Numbered from the stretch's first letter, positions 9,674 through 20,217 are shown. The stretch: 64,000 nucleotides of DNA from Minisyncoccia bacterium (GCA_038251535.1 JBBSBF010000001.1:2232-66231); one strand, 5' to 3'. A program made the numbers and translations. Notes: generated by a model not told the origin, from the letters alone.

Positions 9674-10813
9674 TCATGCGCTCGTATCGCGGCCGTACTT
9701 CTTGAGCCACTTGAGGAGTTCGTCGAGTGGAGTGCGTGCGACGCATACATATTTGTCGCCACCACCATAGTACACGAACAAATCTGATTCATGAACGACT
9801 GCACCAGAAGCGTAGATCACTCCAGGCTTTGAATCATTTTCATAATGAAATTCTGGAGAAAGTATGGGGTGCGGAGAGCGATAGAGAATCTTTTGAGGAT
9901 TATCGATGTCGAGTATCATTGCACCAAGTTTGTATTTATTTGGATCGCGATGATCCATAGAGTGATACAACAGTAGCCATCCCAAACTGGTCTTGATCGG
10001 CGGAGCACCGGCACCACGGACCATCGAGTCCCAGTGCTCCTTTCGTCCGTAGTAGTTGTGAGCGCCATCGTGCGGGGGACGGCTTTTGATCGGAGAAAGT
10101 TCGAGGGTACGTACATCCTCGACATACTCCACGAGGATTTCTGGTGAGATGCCGTGAAGTATTGCAAATTTTCCATGTATTTTTTCTGGAAAGAGTGACC
10201 AGTTTTTATGTGGTTCGCCTTTTGGAGATATAAGGATAGGCTTTGCCCAATCCCATCGGTTTTGTTTCAAGTCATCGAGTGATATAGAAGTAAGAGCAAC
10301 TCGTATCGATTGCCATCCTTCAAATGCGACATAGGTCATGTACACTCGACCGTCTATCACTACCATTTTTGGATCTTCACATCCTGCCCAACCTCCACCG
10401 GAACCGTAGAGTACTTGGTCGTATGTTTGCTCAACAGAAGGGATTATTGAATTTTCAGGAGTTGCTTGATATACCGGATACGGAGAGCGCTCACTAAAGG
10501 TAACACCGTCCTGCGAAGTACTATGTCCGATCTGAGATGTACCACCGCGACCAATAGCACGATAAAAAAGGTGAATCATCCCATTGTCGTCTTTGACTGC
10601 GGCGGGATTAAAGGTACTTTCGTTTTCCCATTCGCGATGTTCTTGGGGACTGACTAGTGGGTTGCATACCTCACGAGTCAAATGATAAGGGGGTGCGTTT
10701 TTACTACTAGATTTGCGACGTATCCTGCGCAAGACATACGAAATCGCAAAAATGCAAAACAAAAATGCAAGCAGCACTAAAAAAAATATGTTTGAAAACA
10801 GGGATTCAATCAT
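9674..10813 (-). CDS. GH130-family protein with N-terminal membrane anchor
   Basis: N-terminal TM, TFNPAA, GCEDPK, HKNW, WLLLYH, YYGGGD. Confidence 0.85.
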   Translation of the reverse strand: MIESLFSNIFFLVLLAFLFCIFAISYVLRRIRRKSSSKNAPPYHLTREVCNPLVSPQEHREWENESTFNPAAVKDDNGMIHLFYRAIGRGGTSQIGHSTSQDGVTFSERSPYPVYQATPENSIIPSVEQTYDQVLYGSGGGWAGCEDPKMVVIDGRVYMTYVAFEGWQSIRVALTSISLDDLKQNRWDWAKPILISPKGEPHKNWSLFPEKIHGKFAILHGISPEILVEYVEDVRTLELSPIKSRPPHDGAHNYYGRKEHWDSMVRGAGAPPIKTSLGWLLLYHSMDHRDPNKYKLGAMILDIDNPQKILYRSPHPILSPEFHYENDSKPGVIYASGAVVHESDLFVYYGGGDKYVCVARTPLDELLKWLKKYGRDTSA

Positions 10814-10818
10814 AGAGT

Positions 10819-11172
10819 TTATGTTCGACCATACAGGTCTTCGACTCTAGTAATATCATTTTCATCAAAATCCCCGTACGCAATCTCAAGTACAACCAAC
10901 GGTTCAGTGTTTGCCTGGAGTCGATGGAGCATGTCACGAGGAATGGCATAATCACCTCCAACGATGATATCGGCAGTGGATAGTCCGATCGTAATAGTTC
11001 CGTTACCCGATATAACATGCCATTGTTCATCGCGCTTGCTATGTTTTTGTAAACTAAACGCTTGACCGCGCTCTATAGTCAGCAACTTTACAGTCAGTGG
11101 TGCGTTGTGTACAAAGGTTATAAATTTCCCCCATGGTCTTTCTTCGGTTACTGGTTTTGAAGTTCCATCCAT
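10819..11172 (-). CDS. Type II mannose-6-phosphate isomerase cupin domain
   Basis: ERPWG, SLQKH..RDEQW, HRL, LEIAYG.FDENDI.RVED.YGR. Confidence 0.88.
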   Translation of the reverse strand: MDGTSKPVTEERPWGKFITFVHNAPLTVKLLTIERGQAFSLQKHSKRDEQWHVISGNGTITIGLSTADIIVGGDYAIPRDMLHRLQANTEPLVVLEIAYGDFDENDITRVEDLYGRT

Positions 11173-11251
11173 GCTTTATTTTACTATAAAACATAGCGCT
11201 TTGTACACAATATCCCCACCTATTTTTTCTGTGGTAGTCTACAATACTCGT

Positions 11252-11671
11252 ATGAAATTATCGGACATCATGATATTTGCAAAAAGACGAAGTCTGAGAA
11301 GAATGGTTCGTCGAAAAAAGGCACCCAAACCCATACCTATCGAGGTTCAGCGTGCCGCTCGAGTGCTCGTTCATCAAAAACTCGCGCAGTTCAACCTGTC
11401 GTATGCTTTTCAGTACCATAGAGTGGCGATACGAAACCAGTCGACTCGATGGGGGAGCTGTTCGAGTAAGGGAAATCTCAATTTTAACTACCGCATCATT
11501 TTTTTACCGCCCGAACTCCAAGACTATCTGATCGTTCACGAGCTTTGCCATCTCAAAGAACTCAATCATGGGAAGAAATTTTGGGAGTTGGTATCACAGA
11601 CGATCCCAGACTACGAACGACGCAAAAAAGCGCTGCACTCGATGGATCGTATGATTGGACACCATGCATAA
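11252..11671 (+). CDS. YgjP/DUF45 metallohydrolase
   Basis: IRNQSTRWGSCS, DYLIVHELCHL, NHGKKFW. Confidence 0.88.
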   Translation: MKLSDIMIFAKRRSLRRMVRRKKAPKPIPIEVQRAARVLVHQKLAQFNLSYAFQYHRVAIRNQSTRWGSCSSKGNLNFNYRIIFLPPELQDYLIVHELCHLKELNHGKKFWELVSQTIPDYERRKKALHSMDRMIGHHA

Positions 11672-11686
11672 TGCTATACTGTCGCT

Positions 11687-12052
11687 ATGAGTTCAAAACG
11701 AATACTCCTCCTGTGTACGCTACTGGTACTTGTCCTCTATGTAGTAGAGGTACGAAAGGAAAGCAATATTTCAACTGTTATTCCGTCAATTGAAACAACG
11801 ACCAACTATGATGAGGGCGAAACAGTTGAAAAATACATTCGAACGCTCGATGTGACAACCTTGACGGGGGTTAATCCTGTACTGGGTGGGAACATGTATC
11901 TCACAGCGGTCAGAGTGGATACGCTGTCCCATACTGCTGTGATCGAGTACGAAGATGGACACATTGCGGGGAACGCATCGATTTCTTATACCTTTGATTC
12001 GGTGACTGGGGGAGTGACTGTCGTCAAAGTTACCCCGGAGAGTACCCAATAG
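11687..12052 (+). CDS. Membrane-anchored hypothetical protein
   Basis: N-terminal TM; VLGG...IEYEDGH; extended -10 just upstream. Confidence 0.7.
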   Translation: MSSKRILLLCTLLVLVLYVVEVRKESNISTVIPSIETTTNYDEGETVEKYIRTLDVTTLTGVNPVLGGNMYLTAVRVDTLSHTAVIEYEDGHIAGNASISYTFDSVTGGVTVVKVTPESTQ

Positions 12053-12108
12053 TACATTTGGTAGAAACTTGTGTATAATTGAGCTATTAGCAATAAATCG
12101 TAAATTGT

Positions 12109-12471
12109 ATGCAAGTAATATTTTTAATCGGACGAATTCTCCTCGGTGGATACTTTCTCTATAGCGGATACAATCACTTCGCAAACCTCGCAGGGATGAC
12201 TGGCTATGCAAAAATGAAGCGTGTGCCTATGGCAAAGGCATCAGTGATCATCAGTGGTGCCATGCTTGCGCTTGGCGGGTTAGCCATCCTTGCGAACCGA
12301 TTTGCAATCCTCGGGATGCTCCTCCTTGTTCTCTTTTTGATCCCAACGACATTTATGATGCATGCCTTTTGGAAGGAACAGGATCCTGCAGCTCGGATGA
12401 CAGAACGTGTCAGCTTTATGAAAAACATCGCAATCCTCGGTGCACTCCTCCTTCTTGTTTCGATTGGATAA
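12109..12471 (+). CDS. DoxX family membrane protein
   Basis: LIGRILLG, HAFW, FMKNIAILGALL. Confidence 0.9.
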   Translation: MQVIFLIGRILLGGYFLYSGYNHFANLAGMTGYAKMKRVPMAKASVIISGAMLALGGLAILANRFAILGMLLLVLFLIPTTFMMHAFWKEQDPAARMTERVSFMKNIAILGALLLLVSIG

Positions 12472-12529
12472 ATGATCAAAATAATAGAGAAATAAAAAAA
12501 GCCACCTGTGGTGGCTTTCAAATACTTTT

Positions 12530-12751
12530 TTAACCATGGGGAATGGGATTTCGCATTTCTGTTTTATCACATTTGTGACAAATATGTTTCCGGAAATACA
12601 CCGGCGAGCCATTTCTCTTGGATTTTCTACACGTTGTATCTCTACTAATCATATGCCATTCGTGCTCGCAAAACATTTGAATAATGATGCGGTGGAATAT
12701 AGTTTTATACCCCCGTATGGGATATGAAGCTTGACCTATAGTTACTCCCAT
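12530..12751 (-). CDS. Small AT-rich orphan, possibly Cys/His metal binding
   Basis: FCEHEW...HICHKCD; upstream TTGATA-N16-TAATAT; converges on terminator at ~12495-12518. Confidence 0.55.
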   Translation of the reverse strand: MGVTIGQASYPIRGYKTIFHRIIIQMFCEHEWHMISRDTTCRKSKRNGSPVYFRKHICHKCDKTEMRNPIPHG

Positions 12752-13002
12752 AATTTGTTAATTTAGTTTTCTTCCATATTACATCTTTCACATTTTTTAT
12801 CAATAACAAAAAAGTCACCAACAGCAGGGGGATTTAGTCCAATTATTTATTTCTTTCTCATCACGAGTAGTGCAAATCCGAAAATCAATCCTAATACTGA
12901 CCAGAAAATTCCGTATTTTTAAATATCCCCTATTGGTCAGACCTGTAGGAGAAGTAGCGAGGGTAGGAATGGTGGGTACGGTGGCCTGGTATACTGGTGG
13001 AG

Positions 13003-14688
13003 ATGACTCAATCTCAAGCACTCGATATATTGAAAACAGGGGCAAATGTTTTTTTAACTGGAGAACCCGGGTCTGGCAAGACTCATACGGTCAACGTCTA
13101 TGTGGAGTATCTGCGCGCGCATGGGATCGAACCAGCGATCACTGCGTCGACCGGTATTGCTGCGACACACATTCATGGGCAGACGATTCATTCGTGGAGT
13201 GGTATCGGGATCAACCGTACACTTTCACCGTACGATATCGATCGTATTGCAACCACCGAACACGTCGTCAAACGAATACAAAAAACAAAAGCGCTCATTA
13301 TCGATGAGATCTCAATGATCGATGCTACCACACTTGATATGGTCGATACTATTCTTCGAGCGATCAAGCAAAACGATGAGCCATTTGGTGGTATACAGAT
13401 CGTGATGGTGGGGGATTTTTTTCAACTGCCACCGATCACACAAGTAGGGCAACAACCACACTTTGCTTTTGTAGCCTCAGTGTGGGGTCGGATGAAGCCA
13501 GTCATTTGTTATTTGACCGAACAACATCGCCAACGAGATACTGAGTTTCTCTCCCTTCTCTCTGCAATACGAAAAAATACCTATGGTCCAGAAGATCACC
13601 GTGTTATCGAACGCAAGCTCTATCAACCAACTGACGATGTCATCCATGACTTTACTGCAACACGATTGTTTTCTCACAATAAAAATGTCGACGCGATCAA
13701 CACCGTAGAGCTCAACAAACTACCGACTCTTTCAACGTGTTTTCTGATGCAAAGCAAGGGGAGGGAAACACTTGTCGCGCAATTAAAAAAGGGTTGTCTT
13801 TCTCCCGAAGAACTCGAACTAAAGATCGGTGCAGTGGTCATGTGTACAAAAAACAACCAACAAAAGGGCTATGCAAATGGGACTCTGGGCACGGTCCTTG
13901 GATTTGAGCCGGGAACGAAGTTTCCCATTATCGAAACAAAAGATGGCATACGTATCACGATCGAACCAGCAGAATGGATCATCGAAGAAAACGGTAAAAC
14001 AAAGGCAATGATTACGCAAGTCCCGCTTCGGCTCGCGTGGGCTATTACGATTCACAAAAGTCAGGGAATGAGTCTCGATGCGGCAGTGATGGATCTGCGA
14101 GATGTCTTTGAATACGGACAAGGATACGTTGCACTCTCGCGAGTCCGCTCACTCGACGGGCTACATATTTTGGGTTGGAATAGACAGGCGTTTTTGGTCC
14201 ACCCTCAGATTTTGGAAAAAGATCAGTATTTTATGCGTCAATCCGAATCAGCGGCTGCGATTTTTGGCGATATGTCGCAGATAGAACGAGAAAAGATGCA
14301 GCACAACTTTGTCCTCGCCTCAGGAGGAGTGGTAGATCGTGTTAAGAAGAAATCAACAAAGAAAGTTGCAGGGGATACGTTTCAAACAAGTCTTGCGCTT
14401 GTGTTACAAGGCAGGTCTATCGGAGAGATTGCAAAGGAGCGCAGCTTGGCCCCCGTGACCATCATTGGGCATATAGAAAAACTCGTACAACAACGTAGGT
14501 TGGGCGTTGCCGATATTATCTATCTTATCGATAAAAAAACGTTCAGTGGATTTGAAGATATCAAGGCGACATTTGTAAGTCTGGACACATCTAAACTTAC
14601 TCCGATACGTGAACATTACAATGGTAAGTTTACCTATGAACAATTGCGGTTCGCTCGGATGCTGATAGAGCTCGGTTATCCACACTAA
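13003..14688 (+). CDS. PIF1/RecD-like 5'-3' DNA helicase with C-terminal HTH
   Basis: TGEPGSGKT, TASTGIAA, IIDEISM, GDFFQLPP, LAWAITIHKSQG, YVALSR. Confidence 0.92.
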   Translation: MTQSQALDILKTGANVFLTGEPGSGKTHTVNVYVEYLRAHGIEPAITASTGIAATHIHGQTIHSWSGIGINRTLSPYDIDRIATTEHVVKRIQKTKALIIDEISMIDATTLDMVDTILRAIKQNDEPFGGIQIVMVGDFFQLPPITQVGQQPHFAFVASVWGRMKPVICYLTEQHRQRDTEFLSLLSAIRKNTYGPEDHRVIERKLYQPTDDVIHDFTATRLFSHNKNVDAINTVELNKLPTLSTCFLMQSKGRETLVAQLKKGCLSPEELELKIGAVVMCTKNNQQKGYANGTLGTVLGFEPGTKFPIIETKDGIRITIEPAEWIIEENGKTKAMITQVPLRLAWAITIHKSQGMSLDAAVMDLRDVFEYGQGYVALSRVRSLDGLHILGWNRQAFLVHPQILEKDQYFMRQSESAAAIFGDMSQIEREKMQHNFVLASGGVVDRVKKKSTKKVAGDTFQTSLALVLQGRSIGEIAKERSLAPVTIIGHIEKLVQQRRLGVADIIYLIDKKTFSGFEDIKATFVSLDTSKLTPIREHYNGKFTYEQLRFARMLIELGYPH

Positions 14689-14747
14689 TATTTTTATGGG
14701 TACGATTTTGTATTATACTGTAGGTATTATCAGTAAGAAGCATTTTG

Positions 14748-14810
14748 ATGGCAAAAGGAAACAACAGTCAGAAAAAGGAAGCAAAAAAACCGAAGAAGGC
14801 AAAGAAATAA
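14748..14810 (+). CDS. 20-aa Lys-rich peptide MAKGNNSQKKEAKKPKKAKK
   Basis: Translated by hand; TATACT upstream, terminator at ~14837-14869. Confidence 0.55.
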   Translation: MAKGNNSQKKEAKKPKKAKK

Positions 14811-14924
14811 TTTGCCCGTTTCGACAAACCGATATTAAAGAAAGACCGTAACGAGCGGTCTTTCTTTTTGCGTAATATATGGTAGAGTAATTTCAAACAT
14901 TCACAATTTAAAAAGGAGGAAAAA

Positions 14925-15599
14925 ATGAGTGAACTGACTACGCTCACTAAAGAAGATTACATATTCGCAGATGAGTTGCTTAAGCAAATAGGATATTCAA
15001 TTATCAAGAAGAAAGACAAGAGTCAAGATTTTTTCAGACTAAAACTTGAAGCGCCACGTCGCATTACAGGAAGCGAAATTGGTTTCTATTATTCCAACAA
15101 GGAATACACGGCAAAATTTTGGACATCATTTTTATTTGAGGAAGAGAAATTTCGCGATAAAGGAAAAGATGCATTTTGGCCCATCATTACGCAAGGTGAT
15201 GCGTTAGTATATAGTGCTAAACCAATATATCGTAACGATAGAGAAGCATTACTAAAAGCTCTACGGTATGCGTGGATCAATAAATGGAAAATAGATAATA
15301 TTCCACTGTGTCCATATTGTAATGCTCGAATGATTATCTTTCGAAAGAAAGACACACGATGTTATATGTATGCGTGTAAAAAAATCGAAAGTCACCCTAA
15401 TGGTAAATGGCGGTTTAGAAGTTGGGATTATGGACTTAAAGAAAATGCACAAGCGTTTGTACAAATCAGACGTGATGCGACTGTCAAGTATAAGCAGCGT
15501 ATGAAAGCGCTGGGTAAAAATCCTATTCCTGCAGCAGTACTACGAAAAAGATGGAAGATTGGAAACAATAGTAATTTTATCGAGAATCGTTTTAGGTAA
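14925..15599 (+). CDS. AT-rich orphan with zinc-ribbon-like motif
   Basis: AGGAGG SD; CPYC...YAC...H; terminator at 15605-15632. Confidence 0.7.
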   Translation: MSELTTLTKEDYIFADELLKQIGYSIIKKKDKSQDFFRLKLEAPRRITGSEIGFYYSNKEYTAKFWTSFLFEEEKFRDKGKDAFWPIITQGDALVYSAKPIYRNDREALLKALRYAWINKWKIDNIPLCPYCNARMIIFRKKDTRCYMYACKKIESHPNGKWRFRSWDYGLKENAQAFVQIRRDATVKYKQRMKALGKNPIPAAVLRKRWKIGNNSNFIENRFR

Positions 15600-15657
15600 T
15601 TTCTAAGCCTTGTTTGAACAGGGCTTTTTTTATGTACAATTTGCTATACTAAACCAT

Positions 15658-17562
15658 ATGACCGTTCCGTATGATCCCGAACACATCACGTATTTTGCTG
15701 AAACTGATGCACGCAATCAGCGGATTAAATTTGGCATCAAAAGTCGTGATCGTACACGCCACATGTACGTCATCGGTAAAAGTGGCGTAGGGAAGTCGAC
15801 ACTTTTAGAAAACATGGCGATCCAAGACATCCAGCACGGAGAAGGTGTTGCAGTCCTGGATCCTCACGGAAGCTTTGCTGAAAAGATGCTCGAGTATATC
15901 CCCGAACACCGCATCAAAGACGTCGTGTATTTTGCTCCGTTTGATACGGACAACCCGATATCGTTCAACGTACTCGAAGACGTGGGTGCAGATCGTCGAC
16001 ACCTCGTCGTTTCGGGACTGATGAGTACGTTTAAAAAGATTTGGGTTGATGCATGGAGTGCGCGTATGGAGTACATCCTGACCAACACACTCCTCGCACT
16101 TCTCGAGTATCCAGGGGCAACACTTCTCGGAGTGAACCGCATGCTTTCTGAAAAAGGATTCCGGAAAAAAGTGGTAGAGAACATCACCGATGCGGCGGTC
16201 AAGGCGTTTTGGACTGAAGAATTTGCAAACTATACGGAACGAATGGCAGCAGAGGCAGTGCCCGCAATCCAAAACAAGATTGGGCAGTTCACCGCAAATC
16301 CACTCGTGCGCAACATCATCGGCCAATCCAAATCAACCTTTGATCTACGCAAGGTAATGGATGAACAAAAGATACTGATCATCAACCTCTCCAAAGGACG
16401 CATCGGAGATACCAACACGAGTCTTCTCGGTTCGATGATCATTACCAAGATATATCTTGCAGCCATGAGTCGTGCAGAGCTTTCACAGAGTCGTATGGGA
16501 GGACTACCCAACTTTTATTTCTACGTTGATGAATTTCAATCGTTTGCAAACGAGACGTTTGCCGATATCCTTGCAGAAGCTCGGAAATACAAACTTGCGC
16601 TTATCATTGCGCATCAGTATGTAGCACAAATGGAGGAAAAGGTGCGTGATGCAGTATTTGGAAACGTTGGTACGACGGTGTCGTTTCGCGTGGGACCACT
16701 CGATGCCGAGCTCTTGGAAAAAGTCTTTGCACCACAGTTTACGCAAAACGACATCATCAACCTCGGGATGGCTGAGATTTATCTTTCACTCATGATCAAC
16801 GACATCGGGTCACCACCGTTTTCTGCTCGGACTCTCGCACCCTTGGCGCGTCCTGCTATAACATTTCGCAATGACGCAATCGAATCATCGCGTAGTCAGT
16901 ACGCATTTCCAAAAGAAACAGTAGAAAAAAACATCGCAGAATGGTTTGCCGCAGGTAGCGAGCCGGTGGAGGATAAAACACAAAAGAAAACTCGTTTTGT
17001 AGAGGGTGATCGATCAGTGCAAGCATTTTCTCCGCGACCTTCGTACCCAGAGATACGGACCGCTTCAACAGGTCCTGGACAGACAAAGACCCCGCACACA
17101 TTTCCACCTAAAAAAGTAACACCAGCAACCCATAAACCATTTGCCAAAGCATTGATAAAGCCCGTAGTCTCGCAGGTATCCACAGATTCTCCGGCTCCGC
17201 AATCTGATGTAGTACAAAAAGAAGATAACCCACAGCCGTCTTTGACACTAAAGCATCTCCTGGATTCTCTCGATACTACCGCTCCACCGATAGTAATGAA
17301 AGATAAACCAGAATCCCCATTTGTCGGTGAGAAGCCACTTCGCGAAAGTGTTTCGCCAGTCAAACACGCCGAACGCGGTCCTACAGAGAAAAATCGCGAC
17401 CTTCTCAAAATGGCGCTACAAAAGGCAACTCAGCAACAACCATTGCGGACAGAAAAAACAGAAACTGAAGCAGTGAAAACGGTGTCTGCTGACAGCACAA
17501 CATTAACGGCAAACCACACGAGCGAAGTTTCTTCCGATGCCCTAAGGCAACTATTGGAATAA
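15658..17562 (+). CDS. VirD4/TraD/HerA-like ATPase with low-complexity C-tail
   Basis: HMYVIGKSGVGKS, DPHG, YVDEFQ, EARKY, AHQY. Confidence 0.85.
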   Translation: MTVPYDPEHITYFAETDARNQRIKFGIKSRDRTRHMYVIGKSGVGKSTLLENMAIQDIQHGEGVAVLDPHGSFAEKMLEYIPEHRIKDVVYFAPFDTDNPISFNVLEDVGADRRHLVVSGLMSTFKKIWVDAWSARMEYILTNTLLALLEYPGATLLGVNRMLSEKGFRKKVVENITDAAVKAFWTEEFANYTERMAAEAVPAIQNKIGQFTANPLVRNIIGQSKSTFDLRKVMDEQKILIINLSKGRIGDTNTSLLGSMIITKIYLAAMSRAELSQSRMGGLPNFYFYVDEFQSFANETFADILAEARKYKLALIIAHQYVAQMEEKVRDAVFGNVGTTVSFRVGPLDAELLEKVFAPQFTQNDIINLGMAEIYLSLMINDIGSPPFSARTLAPLARPAITFRNDAIESSRSQYAFPKETVEKNIAEWFAAGSEPVEDKTQKKTRFVEGDRSVQAFSPRPSYPEIRTASTGPGQTKTPHTFPPKKVTPATHKPFAKALIKPVVSQVSTDSPAPQSDVVQKEDNPQPSLTLKHLLDSLDTTAPPIVMKDKPESPFVGEKPLRESVSPVKHAERGPTEKNRDLLKMALQKATQQQPLRTEKTETEAVKTVSADSTTLTANHTSEVSSDALRQLLE

Positions 17563-17563
17563 T

Positions 17564-18871
17564 ATGAAGTACAGTATCCTCATTCTAATCTTTTGTTGGT
17601 TATTGAGTGCATCGTATGCGAATGCTCAAATACACATCACCGAGATAGCATGGATGGGTACTGCCAACAGTCAGTATTCAGAATGGATAGAGCTATACAA
17701 TGACGCGACAACTTCGGTAAATCTTGCAGGTTGGAAGCTGTACGAATCAAGCAGTACGCTCATCATCGCTCTTTCCAAAACGATTGCAGCGCAAGGGTAT
17801 TTGTTAGTTGAACGAACGACGGCAAGTGCTCCCGATGCAGTACCAGGAGTTGATGATGAGGCAGGTTCTTTTGGTGGTGGAGGACTTGCCAATACTGGTG
17901 AGAAACTCATTCTCAAAGATGCAAATGGGAGTACAGTCGAATCACTGGACTTTAGTAGTGGGTGGCCAGCCGGAGATGCAACAACAAAACAAACGATGCA
18001 GTGGACGGGGAGTGATTGGATTACTGCCGACCCAACCCCAAAGGCACCGACAGCTACCTCACAAGGCACCACTGAGGATACTGTACCGACCGTCGAAGAT
18101 TCCGATCCCATCCCAAAAGTATCTCCCAACAAGCCGTACATTGCATTTGAAATACCACCTGTAGTGTATAGCGGTACCGCACATGAGTACAACGCTCATC
18201 CAGTTTATGAATACAACTATCAGTTTGATACAGGTAACATGTACTGGAACATGGGGGACGCGACGATGTATCGACAAAGCGCAATCGCGCCCGTCGTGCA
18301 CACGTATCAGTTTCCTGGAACGTACACGATCTCGTACTCGTTCGCAGATCCTGAAAACCGCCAACTTCCACTCACTGGCACCAAAAAAATAACCGTCGTA
18401 GCTCCCACGTTATCACTCACCACGCTCAATCACAAAGCACTCGTCATACAAAACAATGCACCACAGCCGATCGATCTAACGGGATGGAAACTCAATACGC
18501 CTGATAAGGTCATAGCGATACCTGACCAAACGATCATCGCCGAAGGAGCAACTATCGCATTACCATTTTCTATACTTTCGATTACGAGCGATACGTATTT
18601 TTCTATCACTGATCCTTCAGGTGTACTCGTGGCAACTACAAAGCCTGGGCAGGTACCAGTTGTAACATCGCGATCTTCAGCGCCTACCACTGTCCTGGCT
18701 GACGAATCAACCCTTACTCCTTCGGCTGAAATTACAGAAAATCCGACAACACCTTCACCAGAAAAAGCTCCAACAAACAAGCGCACCAGGACATATATTC
18801 TTGGTGCGCTTGGTATATTCGTTATAGCCTTGTCGTTACTCCTTGAGCGTTTTATGGCTCGACAGGAGTAG
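17564..18871 (+). CDS. Surface protein with lamin-tail and PKD-like domains and C-terminal TM
   Basis: Signal peptide, ITEIAW...EWIELYN...LAGWKL, WNMGD...HTYQFPGTY, IDLTGWKL. Confidence 0.8.
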   Translation: MKYSILILIFCWLLSASYANAQIHITEIAWMGTANSQYSEWIELYNDATTSVNLAGWKLYESSSTLIIALSKTIAAQGYLLVERTTASAPDAVPGVDDEAGSFGGGGLANTGEKLILKDANGSTVESLDFSSGWPAGDATTKQTMQWTGSDWITADPTPKAPTATSQGTTEDTVPTVEDSDPIPKVSPNKPYIAFEIPPVVYSGTAHEYNAHPVYEYNYQFDTGNMYWNMGDATMYRQSAIAPVVHTYQFPGTYTISYSFADPENRQLPLTGTKKITVVAPTLSLTTLNHKALVIQNNAPQPIDLTGWKLNTPDKVIAIPDQTIIAEGATIALPFSILSITSDTYFSITDPSGVLVATTKPGQVPVVTSRSSAPTTVLADESTLTPSAEITENPTTPSPEKAPTNKRTRTYILGALGIFVIALSLLLERFMARQE

Positions 18872-19604
18872 CAGTTGTAGTCTTGGTTTCTGGGGAAACA
18901 ATGGGGGTAATACTATCGGGTATTGAAGTAGCTTCAACTTCCGTCGTGATTGCATCAACTTCTTTTGAGATGATTATTACTTCTTGGTCAGAAACTTTTT
19001 GAATGGTTGCGTCAACTGCGATGAGTGCGGCGTCGTTGTTTGATCCGTCACTGTTTTCGGTATTTTCGATGACGAGTTTATTTGCTTTGAGCGTTTCCTC
19101 GAGTGATGTAGTTGCACTGAGTGCTGCATTAGGAGCAACGGCACTGAGGGTATTGAGGTCAACTGAAAGGTTTTTGATGTGTGTATCGAGTGCTTTTTGT
19201 ACTGTTGCTTGCTTTGCCTTGGTTAAGGTCTTTGACTCTGCCAATGTTTTTATTTCGTTGACTCGATTTTCTACACGCTTTGCTCCGTAGGCAACTTTTT
19301 CTTGTGGAGTGTTCTGAAAGAAACCTTTTACTTCTTCGTTTACATTGAGTTTGAATGCGTAGAGCGGATCTCCCGGGAGGGCATTGTCAGCAACGGCAGA
19401 GATAGTCCCACCGATAAATATGAAAAACAAAAAACTCGAAAGTGCAATGCGCAAGCCGTGGTAGATGCCGCGTTGCAACAATGAATGACGATATACACTT
19501 TCTTGCTGCATGATGTGCGCAAGGTGCGCGCGTATATGACCACGCTCACTTTCGGAAAGCTTGATATCTTTTACTTGCACAAGTTGTTCAAAATTATATT
19601 TCAT
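18852..19604 (-). CDS. Putative anti-sigma factor (DUF5667-like)
   Basis: TM followed by ALPGDPLYAFKLNVNE; overlaps the stop of the ECF sigma gene. Confidence 0.75.
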   Translation of the reverse strand: MKYNFEQLVQVKDIKLSESERGHIRAHLAHIMQQESVYRHSLLQRGIYHGLRIALSSFLFFIFIGGTISAVADNALPGDPLYAFKLNVNEEVKGFFQNTPQEKVAYGAKRVENRVNEIKTLAESKTLTKAKQATVQKALDTHIKNLSVDLNTLSAVAPNAALSATTSLEETLKANKLVIENTENSDGSNNDAALIAVDATIQKVSDQEVIIISKEVDAITTEVEATSIPDSITPIVSPETKTTTATPVEP

Positions 19605-20157
19605 TATATTGTTTTCGTAATTTTTTGATGATCCGGTGTATCTGCACAGTCATAGCATTTACGCTTTTGTTATACAGGAGGGCGATTTCTTCGATAGGTT
19701 TTTCTTCGGTATAGCGCAAAAAGATGATCTGGTAGCTTTCGTCATCGAGGATATCGAGGATTTTGCGGATGTCTTGAATATCATCGTTGCGCAAAATCTC
19801 GTCAGTATCTTTGTTGGACTCCGGGTCATATCCTGCCTCCATCAGCATGTCGAGAGAGCCAGCTTTTGACTTTTTGTAATAATCAATCAGCGCATTTTTG
19901 GCAGCTCTATAAAGAAACGCTTCCGGATACTCGATTTCTTTGCCGGACGAAAGATATACCCACGTTTTTGTGAATGTGTCTTGGGTAATATCAACCGCAA
20001 TAGCGCGAATACCGACGCGAAAGTATATAAAACGGAATATTGCATCTTGGTATTTCTCGACCATTGCCATGAAAACCCCTTCAATATCAGGGCCCTTTTG
20101 TATTGGATCAATCTTATCTTGTGACGATTCAGGAACTTCCACCTTACAAGTATACAC
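19594..20157 (-). CDS. ECF RNA polymerase sigma factor
   Basis: Region 2 DITQDTF..W..FLYRAAKN..IDY; region 4 EEIA..NKSVNA..VQIHR. Confidence 0.9.
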   Translation of the reverse strand: MYTCKVEVPESSQDKIDPIQKGPDIEGVFMAMVEKYQDAIFRFIYFRVGIRAIAVDITQDTFTKTWVYLSSGKEIEYPEAFLYRAAKNALIDYYKKSKAGSLDMLMEAGYDPESNKDTDEILRNDDIQDIRKILDILDDESYQIIFLRYTEEKPIEEIALLYNKSVNAMTVQIHRIIKKLRKQYNEI

Positions 20158-20217
20158 GAACTATGTTCTAAAAACCCCTCTCGTGCGTTGTGCCTTCTGA
20201 CAATGTATACTTATGGC

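Noticed and set aside
12815-12940. Imperfect inverted repeat upstream of the PIF1-like helicase
   Set aside because: Pairing is short and interrupted; not distinguishable from chance without homologs.
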